The position numbers were made by a program, and so were the translations under genes. Shown here in pieces: positions 1 through 7,946 of a stretch of DNA of 64,000 bases (the stretch's first letter is position 1; each line of letters starts with the position of its first letter). The notes beneath the pieces were generated by a model. It saw only the letters and a list, made by a program, of their open reading frames with translations, did not search any database and was not told the DNA's origin. This DNA comes from Treponema sp. UBA7590 (GTDB lineage: Bacteria > Spirochaetota > Spirochaetia > Treponematales > Treponemataceae), in NCBI GenBank assembly GCA_002478955.1, contig DLKK01000084.1, positions 10,693 to 74,692 of the forward strand, written 5' to 3'.

Positions 1-335
1 GCCTTGGAATTAACCGCATATTCAATGTTGTATAAATTCGCCTCAAAATATTCCCGGACTTCTTTTAAAAACACAGGATCAGCAAGCATTAAAATGTAAG
101 TTTCAAAAATCTCACGCTGGATGTCAGTTTTTTTATTTTTTGGAAGTTGTTCAAGTTTTGCAGAGACATCAGCTGTAACAGTTTTTATCGCCTGTTCAAA
201 ACGATTCCAGTCACTTTCAACTTGCGAAGAATCAATTTTTTTTTGCGGAATTGCCCTTTTTACCGTTTCAGGAATTCTAAACGCAGGTCCAATTCCTGTT
301 CCATCAGCAGCTGATATACCAAAAAAAACTTCCAT
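1..335 (-). CDS. ptsI: PTS enzyme I (phosphoenolpyruvate-protein phosphotransferase), N-terminal part; runs off window start
   Basis: Manual translation from ATG at 335: MEVFFGISAADGTGIGPAFRIP...QREIFETYILMLADPVFLKEV, matching the EI N-terminus (GI.A..G..IG.A; IF....ML.DP). Not in the ORF track because it is truncated. Confidence 0.8.
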   Translation of the reverse strand, partial: MEVFFGISAADGTGIGPAFRIPETVKRAIPQKKIDSSQVESDWNRFEQAIKTVTADVSAKLEQLPKNKKTDIQREIFETYILMLADPVFLKEVREYFEANLYNIEYAVNSK

Positions 336-408
336 AATCTACTAATTTTAACGGAAAGAACATTCCAAAGTCAACGAACAGCGCAAAGTCTGACTATTTT
401 TAACACGC

Positions 409-1677
409 CTAAAGCTGATTTACAGCCTCATCGTACCAAGCATAACGGTTTTTAATCCAATTTGAAAAATACTCAATTTCCATTTTATGAGATTTACGGT
501 CTTTCCATCCTTTTGTATGCGGCCATTGCCTTTTCCCAAATGAAGGATAAATTCTATTGTTCAAATCAATTGCATTTTTTAACAAAAAACTTTGCTGCTC
601 AAGCCACTCATCAGAAGAAGCCAGAAGCTGTTTTTTTTCATTCCAGCGCTTTTTTACAGATTTTCTGAATTTTTCAAGTTTCCAAAGCTGCTCATACCAA
701 CCATTCGTACAAACCCAAAATCCATCTGTTTTTTCACAATTATCCCAGGAAACATTCCCAAACGCCAAATCAAAATCCCAAGCCGGTCCCATATATATTT
801 TATCAGAATCAGTGTCATAATAAACAAAACACGAAGCCTGAAATCTTGCATCATGATTTTTTGAGAAATCATTTATAATAAACCAGTCAATAAACGAATC
901 AAAATCAAGATATTTTCCCAATTCTGATTCCGTCCAATCCAAACCTGAATAAATTTTGTCCTCAAAAAACTGCAAAATTTTATGCCAAGAAATATAAACG
1001 TCCTGTGGCGCTTCCGGCGAACGAATGCTGAATTTCACATTATTTTTGGTGATAAAATTATATTCTTTGTCCATTCGCGAATTTACGCACGCCAAAAACG
1101 ATCCTGGACCACAAAAATCCGCAAGCCGGCCGTTTTCCATTTCAACTTTTTCTGTAAGCTCATAAAGTCCGCTATATTTACCATTTACTATCAAAGTTAT
1201 AAAACGGCTCGAAGGCGTCCATTTAAAATTATTCCACACATTTTTTGCCAAATTTTCAGCATAAAAATTCCTTAATACAGCCTTATCCGCCGTATTTGCC
1301 ATTAAAATCCATTTTTTTCCGCTTTGAAGCCCGGCAAGAGGCGCTGGTTTGTCCAGATTCAAAAGATACGGCTTTTTATAAAGCTCGCGCGTTACCCAAG
1401 TCGTGTTTCCATGTCCACGAATTTTGCATTTTCCATAAAATTCGTCCATAACATAGCTTGCACCAACATAAGATTCCTTTTTAGAAATCCGCCTATTATT
1501 GTCCGTAACAATATACAAAATCGGCAAATTCAGATTTTTACATTTTTCAACTGTAATGTGATTAACTGCAGCAGCTATAAAAAACAAGAACATAGAAAAA
1601 AGCATAAAACCATAAATTATTCTACGCCGCACTTTTGAACTCTTAATAAGCATAATAAAATTATAAATAGAATTCAT
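409..1677 (-). CDS. CotH-family kinase-like protein with N-terminal membrane anchor
   Basis: KIRGHGNTT, KKPY, KKWIL.AN..DK..LRN, Y.GLY.LTE, MGPAWDFDLAFGN motifs; one N-terminal TM segment. Confidence 0.85.
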   Translation of the reverse strand: MNSIYNFIMLIKSSKVRRRIIYGFMLFSMFLFFIAAAVNHITVEKCKNLNLPILYIVTDNNRRISKKESYVGASYVMDEFYGKCKIRGHGNTTWVTRELYKKPYLLNLDKPAPLAGLQSGKKWILMANTADKAVLRNFYAENLAKNVWNNFKWTPSSRFITLIVNGKYSGLYELTEKVEMENGRLADFCGPGSFLACVNSRMDKEYNFITKNNVKFSIRSPEAPQDVYISWHKILQFFEDKIYSGLDWTESELGKYLDFDSFIDWFIINDFSKNHDARFQASCFVYYDTDSDKIYMGPAWDFDLAFGNVSWDNCEKTDGFWVCTNGWYEQLWKLEKFRKSVKKRWNEKKQLLASSDEWLEQQSFLLKNAIDLNNRIYPSFGKRQWPHTKGWKDRKSHKMEIEYFSNWIKNRYAWYDEAVNQL

Positions 1678-1868
1678 AAAAAAACAATCGTTTCATAAAA
1701 ATCGAATGCATTTTTACGCCCATCCTCAAGTTTTAACTTAACGAGAAAAAAAACTTCTGAAAAAACTCGGTTTATCTAATTAAACCTATTTACCAAAAAG
1801 AAAAAATAATGTAAATTCTAAGTAAAATATTAGTCTAATTTTGGAATAACTATTTTTGAACTTTTTTT

Positions 1869-2570
1869 ATGATGAATAAGTACAGACATGAATACAAATA
1901 TGTTTCTCCAGAAGTCATTCTTGCTGTTTTAGAAAAGCGAGCAAGCGCAATGCTGTCGTTAGATCCGCACGTAGGAAAAAACGGAACTTATTCAATCCGC
2001 AGCATCTATTTTGATGACATATACAACACCTGTTACCACGAAAACGAAAACGGCACAGATCCGCGCGAAAAATTCAGAATCCGGATTTACAATTGCAACG
2101 CGCAAAGAATTTCACTCGAACTTAAGCAAAAGGAAAATTCAAAAACATTGAAATCAAGCTGCCAACTTTCAGAAGCCGACTGCAACCTTATAATGAATGG
2201 AAAAATCCCGAAAATTCAAAATGATTCACCATATCTGCTGAAGAAACTCGTCTCAAAAATGCAATATTCAGGTTTAAAACCGGTCTGCATTGTCGCATAC
2301 GAACGGATTCCATACATTTACAAAACCGGAAATGTACGTGTAACTTTTGACAGAAACATAAGAAGTTCTTCAGATATAAAAGGATTTTTCAGCAACTCAA
2401 CAGCTTTTCGACCTGTAATGGCAAAAGATTTAAATATGATGGAAGTAAAATTCGACGAGCTTCTTCCCGATTACATTTCATCACTTTTGCAGACAGGATT
2501 GCTGCGGCAAACTTCTTTTTCAAAATATTATTTATGCAGAAAATATAATTCACAAGGAATCATAATTTAA
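1869..2570 (+). CDS. VTC (polyphosphate polymerase / CYTH-like) domain protein
   Basis: RHEYKY, Y.IRS.YFD, REKFRIR.Y, LELK.K, RVTFD, EVKF, FSKY motifs. Confidence 0.9.
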   Translation: MMNKYRHEYKYVSPEVILAVLEKRASAMLSLDPHVGKNGTYSIRSIYFDDIYNTCYHENENGTDPREKFRIRIYNCNAQRISLELKQKENSKTLKSSCQLSEADCNLIMNGKIPKIQNDSPYLLKKLVSKMQYSGLKPVCIVAYERIPYIYKTGNVRVTFDRNIRSSSDIKGFFSNSTAFRPVMAKDLNMMEVKFDELLPDYISSLLQTGLLRQTSFSKYYLCRKYNSQGIII

Positions 2571-2580
2571 CGGAGTTTAT

Positions 2581-3258
2581 ATGACAACATTTAAAGACGT
2601 TTTTAAAAAATCATTTATTGAAGGTTTTTCGCGTTATGATATGACGCCAGAAAATATCCTAATTGTTTTTGCAATTTCCGCGATATTTTCAGTTTATATT
2701 TTTATTGCGTACAGAATTTTAACAAGAAAGACGTTTTATTCAAAGAATTTCAATATTTCACTTGCAGTAATAAATCTTATTACTGCCGGAATAATTCTTA
2801 CAATGCAGTCAAATGTCGTTGTTTCACTTGGTATGGTCGGTGCTCTTTCTATTGTTAGATTCAGAACCGCGGTCAAAGACCCGATGGATTTGGTTTTCTT
2901 GTTCTGGTCAATTTCCTGTGGAATAATAACCGGAGCTGGACAAGCAGAAATTGCGTTTGCGCTTTCATTCATTGTAACCGTTGCGCTTATAGTTTTTGAA
3001 AAAGCTCCTGTTGCGAAAGCCGCAAAAATTCTTATGGTCAGCGGAGAAGGCTACGACCTTGAAGAAAAAGTTGTTTCAGTCTGCAAAAAACACTGCTCAA
3101 ATTTCACCACAAAATCTTGCTCTTTAGCAAATAATCGAACCGACCTTGTTATTGAAGTAAAATCTGACAAAGACGATGAACTTTTAAAAGAAATTGCGTC
3201 AATTCAAAATGTAAGCAGTTCCTCTTTGCTAAAACACGACGGTGAAGTCACTTATTAA
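2581..3258 (+). CDS. DUF4956-family membrane protein (N-terminal TM bundle, C-terminal ACT-like domain)
   Basis: SLGMVGALSIVRFRTAVKDP.DL.FLFW motif; 10 nt downstream of the VTC gene. Confidence 0.88.
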   Translation: MTTFKDVFKKSFIEGFSRYDMTPENILIVFAISAIFSVYIFIAYRILTRKTFYSKNFNISLAVINLITAGIILTMQSNVVVSLGMVGALSIVRFRTAVKDPMDLVFLFWSISCGIITGAGQAEIAFALSFIVTVALIVFEKAPVAKAAKILMVSGEGYDLEEKVVSVCKKHCSNFTTKSCSLANNRTDLVIEVKSDKDDELLKEIASIQNVSSSSLLKHDGEVTY

Positions 3259-3261
3259 AAA

Positions 3262-3882
3262 TTAAATATCCCGGTTCCGCGAATCAAAAAGGCTGTCGTT
3301 TTCAGAAAGCGTGCGAATCACGCGGCAAGGAACGCCAGCCGCCAGACTGTTCGGCGGAATATCGCGGGTCACAACACTTCCTGCTCCAATAACACAGTTT
3401 TCCCCAATCGTTACGCCACCGCAAACCGTAACATTCGAAGCAAGCCAGCATCCAGATTTTATTGTAATCGGTTTTGCATATTCAGTTGTATAAAAAGTTC
3501 CATCAAATTTCTGTTTTGAACGTCTTTCTTCATTCAACAAAGGATGCATTGGCGTAACAAGTGAACAGTTCGGCCCAAAAAAAACATCGTCACCAATCAA
3601 AACTGGCACACAATCAAGAATCACAAGATTAAAATTCGCGTAACAATTTTTTCCAAAAGAAGTGAATTTTCCGTAGTCAAACTGAATCGGCCCCTGTAAA
3701 TACAAATTGCTTCCATGACATGGAAGCAATTCATCTAATATTACCGAGCGTTTTTCCGCTTCAGTTTCATAAGTTTTATTATAATCTGCGCAAAGCCTAT
3801 GTGCTTTTACTCTAAGTTCAACCAATTCTGAATCGGAAGAATCATAAAATTTGCCAGCAATCATTTTTTCTGTTTCTGTCAT
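3262..3882 (-). CDS. maa: Maltose/sugar O-acetyltransferase (hexapeptide repeat)
   Basis: EKMIAGKFY, FDYG, hexapeptide repeats (IGENCVIGAGSVVTRDIP), AAGVPCRVIR; start moved to ATG 3882 after GGTGGAG. Confidence 0.85.
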   Translation of the reverse strand: MTETEKMIAGKFYDSSDSELVELRVKAHRLCADYNKTYETEAEKRSVILDELLPCHGSNLYLQGPIQFDYGKFTSFGKNCYANFNLVILDCVPVLIGDDVFFGPNCSLVTPMHPLLNEERRSKQKFDGTFYTTEYAKPITIKSGCWLASNVTVCGGVTIGENCVIGAGSVVTRDIPPNSLAAGVPCRVIRTLSENDSLFDSRNRDI

Positions 3883-3935
3883 AAAAACTCCACCAGAATT
3901 ATAGCACAATTTTTTACGACAGAATAGAATGGCAA

Positions 3936-4253
3936 TTAGCCAACATTTTTCATATTTATAACAGGCTTGTTTTCAACAAGCGCAGCTCTAGCCTGGTCAT
4001 AACGCTTGTTTACAAAGTAAACAACAACATTTACACTTACGATTACAAGATTAAGAATATAAACAACCAAAACGTAATTTATCGCACCTTTTGAAAGTTT
4101 TGCAACAATTCCTGCAATGTAACCAACAATTATCAAAAGAACAAACTTCAAGCTCATATTTTTCGCACTTTTTGCTTTAATATTCTTCCAAACGTTGATT
4201 GGCCAAGAAAGTCCAAAACAAATTAACATTACAGATTCCAAGATTTCAGCCAT
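3936..4253 (-). CDS. Small 3-TM membrane protein, PQ-loop/SemiSWEET-like
   Basis: 105 aa, three hydrophobic helices, FGLSWP..WK..KAKSAK..S pattern; AGAGG RBS. Confidence 0.55.
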   Translation of the reverse strand: MAEILESVMLICFGLSWPINVWKNIKAKSAKNMSLKFVLLIIVGYIAGIVAKLSKGAINYVLVVYILNLVIVSVNVVVYFVNKRYDQARAALVENKPVINMKNVG

Positions 4254-4316
4254 TTTTCTACCTCTTTTCGTTTATAAAAATAACGCTTTTTTTTAATAAC
4301 TTCCAATATATCTTTT

Positions 4317-4331
4317 TTATCATATTGATAA
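4317..4331. promoter_or_regulatory. Putative LysR box (T-N11-A dyad) between divergent genes
   Basis: TTATCA-TAT-TGATAA palindrome between the LysR gene and its divergent neighbour. Confidence 0.5.
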
Positions 4332-4392
4332 TTTTTAATTATTATTTATAATTGAAAATAGAAACTTTAAATTCAATAACAAAGGGATTTTT

Positions 4393-5292
4393 ATGGAACT
4401 TACACAACTCCGGTATTTTCTTGAAGTGGCAAAAACTCAACACGTAACCCGCAGCGCGGAAATCCTGCATGTCGCGCAGCCGGCTTTAACTCAGGCAATA
4501 CATCGGCTGGAAAATGAACTGGAAGTTCCACTTTTCTCCCAAAAAGGACGAAACATAGTTCTTACTCCTTATGGAAAATATTTTTACGAAAAACTAGAAC
4601 CGCTTTTAAAAAGCCTGAATGAACTGCCTGAAAATCTTAGGGAAATGGCAAAAACTGAAAATGCCACAATCCATCTGAATGTTCTGGCAGCATCCTCGCT
4701 TGTGACAGAAGCAATCATTGAATATCAGAAAATCGATGATGAGCTTCACATCCAAATTCATCAGAACGAAAAAAACGAAATGGACGACATTAGAATTACA
4801 ACAAAAATTTCCGCGCAAACGCAAGAACTAGAAAAATCAGATGATTCAAATTTTGTCTGCACGGAAAAAATTTATCTGGCAGTACCAAATATTCCAGAAT
4901 TCAAAGAAAAAAAAGAAATTTCATTCGAGGAAATAAAATCTGTCTGTGAAAAATGGGGTTTTATCGCGCTTTTGGGCTCAAAGCACCTTCGCTCAATTTG
5001 CGACAAATATTGCGTTGACGCAGGAATAAAACCAAACATAATTTTTGAAAGCGACAACCCGGCCTCTGTAAAAAACATGATTGCCGCGAACATAGGAATT
5101 GGATTTTGGCCGGAATTTTCGTGGGGCGCGCTGGATACTTCAAGAGTCAAGCTTTTAAAAATCACAAAACCAGACTGCAAGCGAGACATCTTAATCACCT
5201 GCAAGAAAAATAAAGCAGAAAACAGCCATGTTGAAAATTTTTATAAATTTCTTACAGGATATTTTAAAATGGCAAGCCTTGGCGAAAAATAA
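4393..5292 (+). CDS. LysR-family transcriptional regulator
   Basis: MELTQLRYFLEVA..HVTRSAE.LHVAQPALTQAI.RLE.EL HTH; about 300 aa. Confidence 0.95.
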   Translation: MELTQLRYFLEVAKTQHVTRSAEILHVAQPALTQAIHRLENELEVPLFSQKGRNIVLTPYGKYFYEKLEPLLKSLNELPENLREMAKTENATIHLNVLAASSLVTEAIIEYQKIDDELHIQIHQNEKNEMDDIRITTKISAQTQELEKSDDSNFVCTEKIYLAVPNIPEFKEKKEISFEEIKSVCEKWGFIALLGSKHLRSICDKYCVDAGIKPNIIFESDNPASVKNMIAANIGIGFWPEFSWGALDTSRVKLLKITKPDCKRDILITCKKNKAENSHVENFYKFLTGYFKMASLGEK

Positions 5293-5295
5293 ATT

Positions 5296-6156
5296 TTACT
5301 TTAAGAAAATCAGTCCTAAAATTCCAACCGGAATCAAATATGCCGCAAACCATTCAAGTTTACCCTTTTTTATGATTTTCATAAGGCACGCCAACGAAAA
5401 ATAACCAAAAACAAAAGCCGACAAACAGCCCGCAATCACAGTGCCTACGCCAATTGAAGAAGAAACTTCCCCTAAATCTTTTAACTCCAGGACGAATGCT
5501 CCAAGAATTGCAAAAATCGAAACAAGGAATGAATATTCTCCAGCAGCACCACGTTCAACACCGCAAAGCTGAGCACCGGCAATTGTTGAACCAGAACGAC
5601 TGATTCCCGGCAAAGTTCCAACACCTTGCATAAAACCAATCACCACCGCCTGCAAAACAGAAATTCCTTTGTTTTCTGTTTTAGGCAAAGATTCAGTTTT
5701 TGCAATAGATTTTTTTTCAATAACAGAAGAAAAAATCAGCAGACAAGCAGTTACCAAAAAACCTACACAAGTAAATTTTATAGAAAGTTCAGGAATCAAT
5801 TTGCTAGTTCCCACGCCAATCGCGCCCGTTATAATAGTAGAAACAATCAACGCAACAATAGTTTTTCTTCCGCGAGCTTCTGTTCCGCAAAGAATATCAT
5901 TTTCATCAGTTTCAGCCGGAGCAGAACGACGCGCAATCAGCCGCCCAAAAACTTTTAAAAGTTTCCAGATTGATTTTCTGAAATAAATGCAAACCGCAAG
6001 CAATGTCGCCAAATGCAAAAAAATATCATACAGCAAAGGAACATCTTCAAGCCCAAAAAGATTCTGAACAACCGCAAGATGTCCGCTAGAAGAAATCGGA
6101 AGAAATTCCGCAATTCCCTGTAAAATTCCCAAAAGAATACTTTGAATCAATGTCAT
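5296..6156 (-). CDS. uppP: Undecaprenyl-diphosphate phosphatase
   Basis: QGIAEFLPISSSGHL and PGISRSGSTI motifs. Confidence 0.95.
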   Translation of the reverse strand: MTLIQSILLGILQGIAEFLPISSSGHLAVVQNLFGLEDVPLLYDIFLHLATLLAVCIYFRKSIWKLLKVFGRLIARRSAPAETDENDILCGTEARGRKTIVALIVSTIITGAIGVGTSKLIPELSIKFTCVGFLVTACLLIFSSVIEKKSIAKTESLPKTENKGISVLQAVVIGFMQGVGTLPGISRSGSTIAGAQLCGVERGAAGEYSFLVSIFAILGAFVLELKDLGEVSSSIGVGTVIAGCLSAFVFGYFSLACLMKIIKKGKLEWFAAYLIPVGILGLIFLK

Positions 6157-6241
6157 AATAAAACCCTTGTAAAAAATATAGCATTTTTCGTTAATAAAAA
6201 AAAGAGAATTTGCAGTTTATTTAAAAATTTTGCAAAAAAAT

Positions 6242-6484
6242 TTACATTTTATGCGCCGTAATCACCGTGTAGCTGTACGCGTTCACCGTGATTGTGCAGC
6301 CGTCTGTTTTTATGTACCAGTTTTTTCCTTTGCGCGTTATTGATTTTTCTTCTGCGCTGCGGATTTTTTCTTTGCACCAATCAACAACATCGTCAGTTTC
6401 AAGTCCAAGATTTCGTTTTATGTGGACAACGCCAAGTTCCGTTGTGTGCAGTTTTTCAAGATTTTCTAAAAGTTCATTCGTCAT
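6242..6484 (-). CDS. DUF3781-like small protein
   Basis: LHTTELG..IKRNL...RKGKNWY...ITVNAYSYTVITAHK pattern. Confidence 0.7.
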   Translation of the reverse strand: MTNELLENLEKLHTTELGVVHIKRNLGLETDDVVDWCKEKIRSAEEKSITRKGKNWYIKTDGCTITVNAYSYTVITAHKM

Positions 6485-6487
6485 TTT

Positions 6488-7288
6488 TTAAATCCTTTTT
6501 ACAAACTCGTACACTTTTTCTGACCAAGCCCAAATGTCCTTGCAGTTGTTTTTTACAAAGTGGACTTTTTGCGCAAGGTTCTGCGGAATGTGATTTTCCA
6601 AAGCGGTGCGCTCGTTTTCTGGCACAACTATTGCGTGAATCCAGTCTTTTAAAATCACTTCGTCCTTGATTTTGAGTGGAAGAACGCCTTCAAAAACTGC
6701 ATTCGGGTGCGTGCAGAGTTTTTTGTAGTCAAAGAAAAATCTTACGCCGGGAGTAAAGTCCTCGCTCAAGTCCTTTTCGTTTGGAAACCGATTAAGTTTG
6801 CGTTCCATTACAAGCCGGTCGCCAGCCTGGCAGTTTCCCCAGGCGAACATGATGTATTCAAAATAGTCCGCCGGGTCTTTAGCTGCGTTCCGAGCCTCCT
6901 TTGCAAGTTCCGTGCTGCTCATTTTCCGCGCTTTTACAGGCGAAAGAAGCGAGCCGCAGTCAAAGATTTTTGCCGCGTTTTCCACAGGCGAAGTGTGGCA
7001 CACAAAATCGGTCATGCAGCCTTTGTAAGTGGGGCAGGCGGTGCACTCGGTGATTTTTGCCGGTGCGGAAAGTCGCGTTTTGCTTTGCAATTTGAACTGT
7101 TCGATTTTCGAAAGAATTTCGTCGCTTGCTTCGATTTTGCATTCGCGACCGTAAAGTTTTTCGTAGGCAATAAAATCCAAAACCGTCTGAATTTCCCAGT
7201 CCGTTATTTTTGGGAATGCTGAAAGTTTCTTGTAGAAAACGCCGTCCCAACATTCCGTGCAGTCAAAGTTTCCTATTTTTATTTTCAT
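6488..7288 (-). CDS. Hypothetical protein with Cys cluster and DarT/ADP-ribosyltransferase-like motifs
   Basis: Start at ATG 7288 overlapping the upstream stop (TAATG); CTACPTYKGC then HTS..N..I..G.LLS, DY..YIMF, EVIL. Confidence 0.5.
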   Translation of the reverse strand: MKIKIGNFDCTECWDGVFYKKLSAFPKITDWEIQTVLDFIAYEKLYGRECKIEASDEILSKIEQFKLQSKTRLSAPAKITECTACPTYKGCMTDFVCHTSPVENAAKIFDCGSLLSPVKARKMSSTELAKEARNAAKDPADYFEYIMFAWGNCQAGDRLVMERKLNRFPNEKDLSEDFTPGVRFFFDYKKLCTHPNAVFEGVLPLKIKDEVILKDWIHAIVVPENERTALENHIPQNLAQKVHFVKNNCKDIWAWSEKVYEFVKRI

Positions 7289-7890
7289 TAGTTCTCCGTT
7301 GTCAAAGCCGCCAAGTCTGAATCTTCGTATTTGTTGTGTCCTTTTTGTTTTTTTTTGAATTTCCAGCATTTTATCGCCTGCGAAAGCGTTTTGTCTTTGT
7401 TTGCGGCAAAAAAGTCGCGGATGTACGTGTTGTATTCAAACTGCTTTTCAATTTCGCCTTTGCCATTCATCTTTTTTTCTTTCAAAATCTGATGATAAGC
7501 GGCGATTGCGTCTGCATAAGTTTTTCCAGCGTTCGACTTTAGCCATTTTTGAAAAGCCACGTTGAACGAAAAACTTTTTCCAATCTGTTCCTTGAAAAAT
7601 TCACGATGTTTTTCGCTGCAAACAAAATTTTCTTCTATTATGTTATTCGGTTTTATTTCACTGGAAGTTGCTTTGCCAGCAGATTGAGATTTTCGTGTTT
7701 CGTGGTTGATACGAGTTCTTTTTCTGGTTTCCAAGAAAATTGCAATCCGTTCGGAAAGTTCAGTTTTGCTTCCGGTCGTCTGCAAATTGTTTTTGCGGCA
7801 GAATTCCACCAATTCTTCTTTTAAATAATAATATTGCCTAAAAATTTCCACATTCAATTCCAAATTCAAATCCGGGCGTTCTTCAATCAT
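7288..7890 (-). CDS. SAP-like / DUF6434-domain protein
   Basis: F..YYYLKEEL..FCR..L.TTGSK.EL.ERI (SAP-like); F.FNV.FQ.W, QFEYN.YIRDF. Confidence 0.7.
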   Translation of the reverse strand: MIEERPDLNLELNVEIFRQYYYLKEELVEFCRKNNLQTTGSKTELSERIAIFLETRKRTRINHETRKSQSAGKATSSEIKPNNIIEENFVCSEKHREFFKEQIGKSFSFNVAFQKWLKSNAGKTYADAIAAYHQILKEKKMNGKGEIEKQFEYNTYIRDFFAANKDKTLSQAIKCWKFKKKQKGHNKYEDSDLAALTTEN

Positions 7891-7946
7891 CTTTCCGTCC
7901 TTTTCAACTCTTCTATTTTAATCTTTTTTCTATTATAATACATTTT

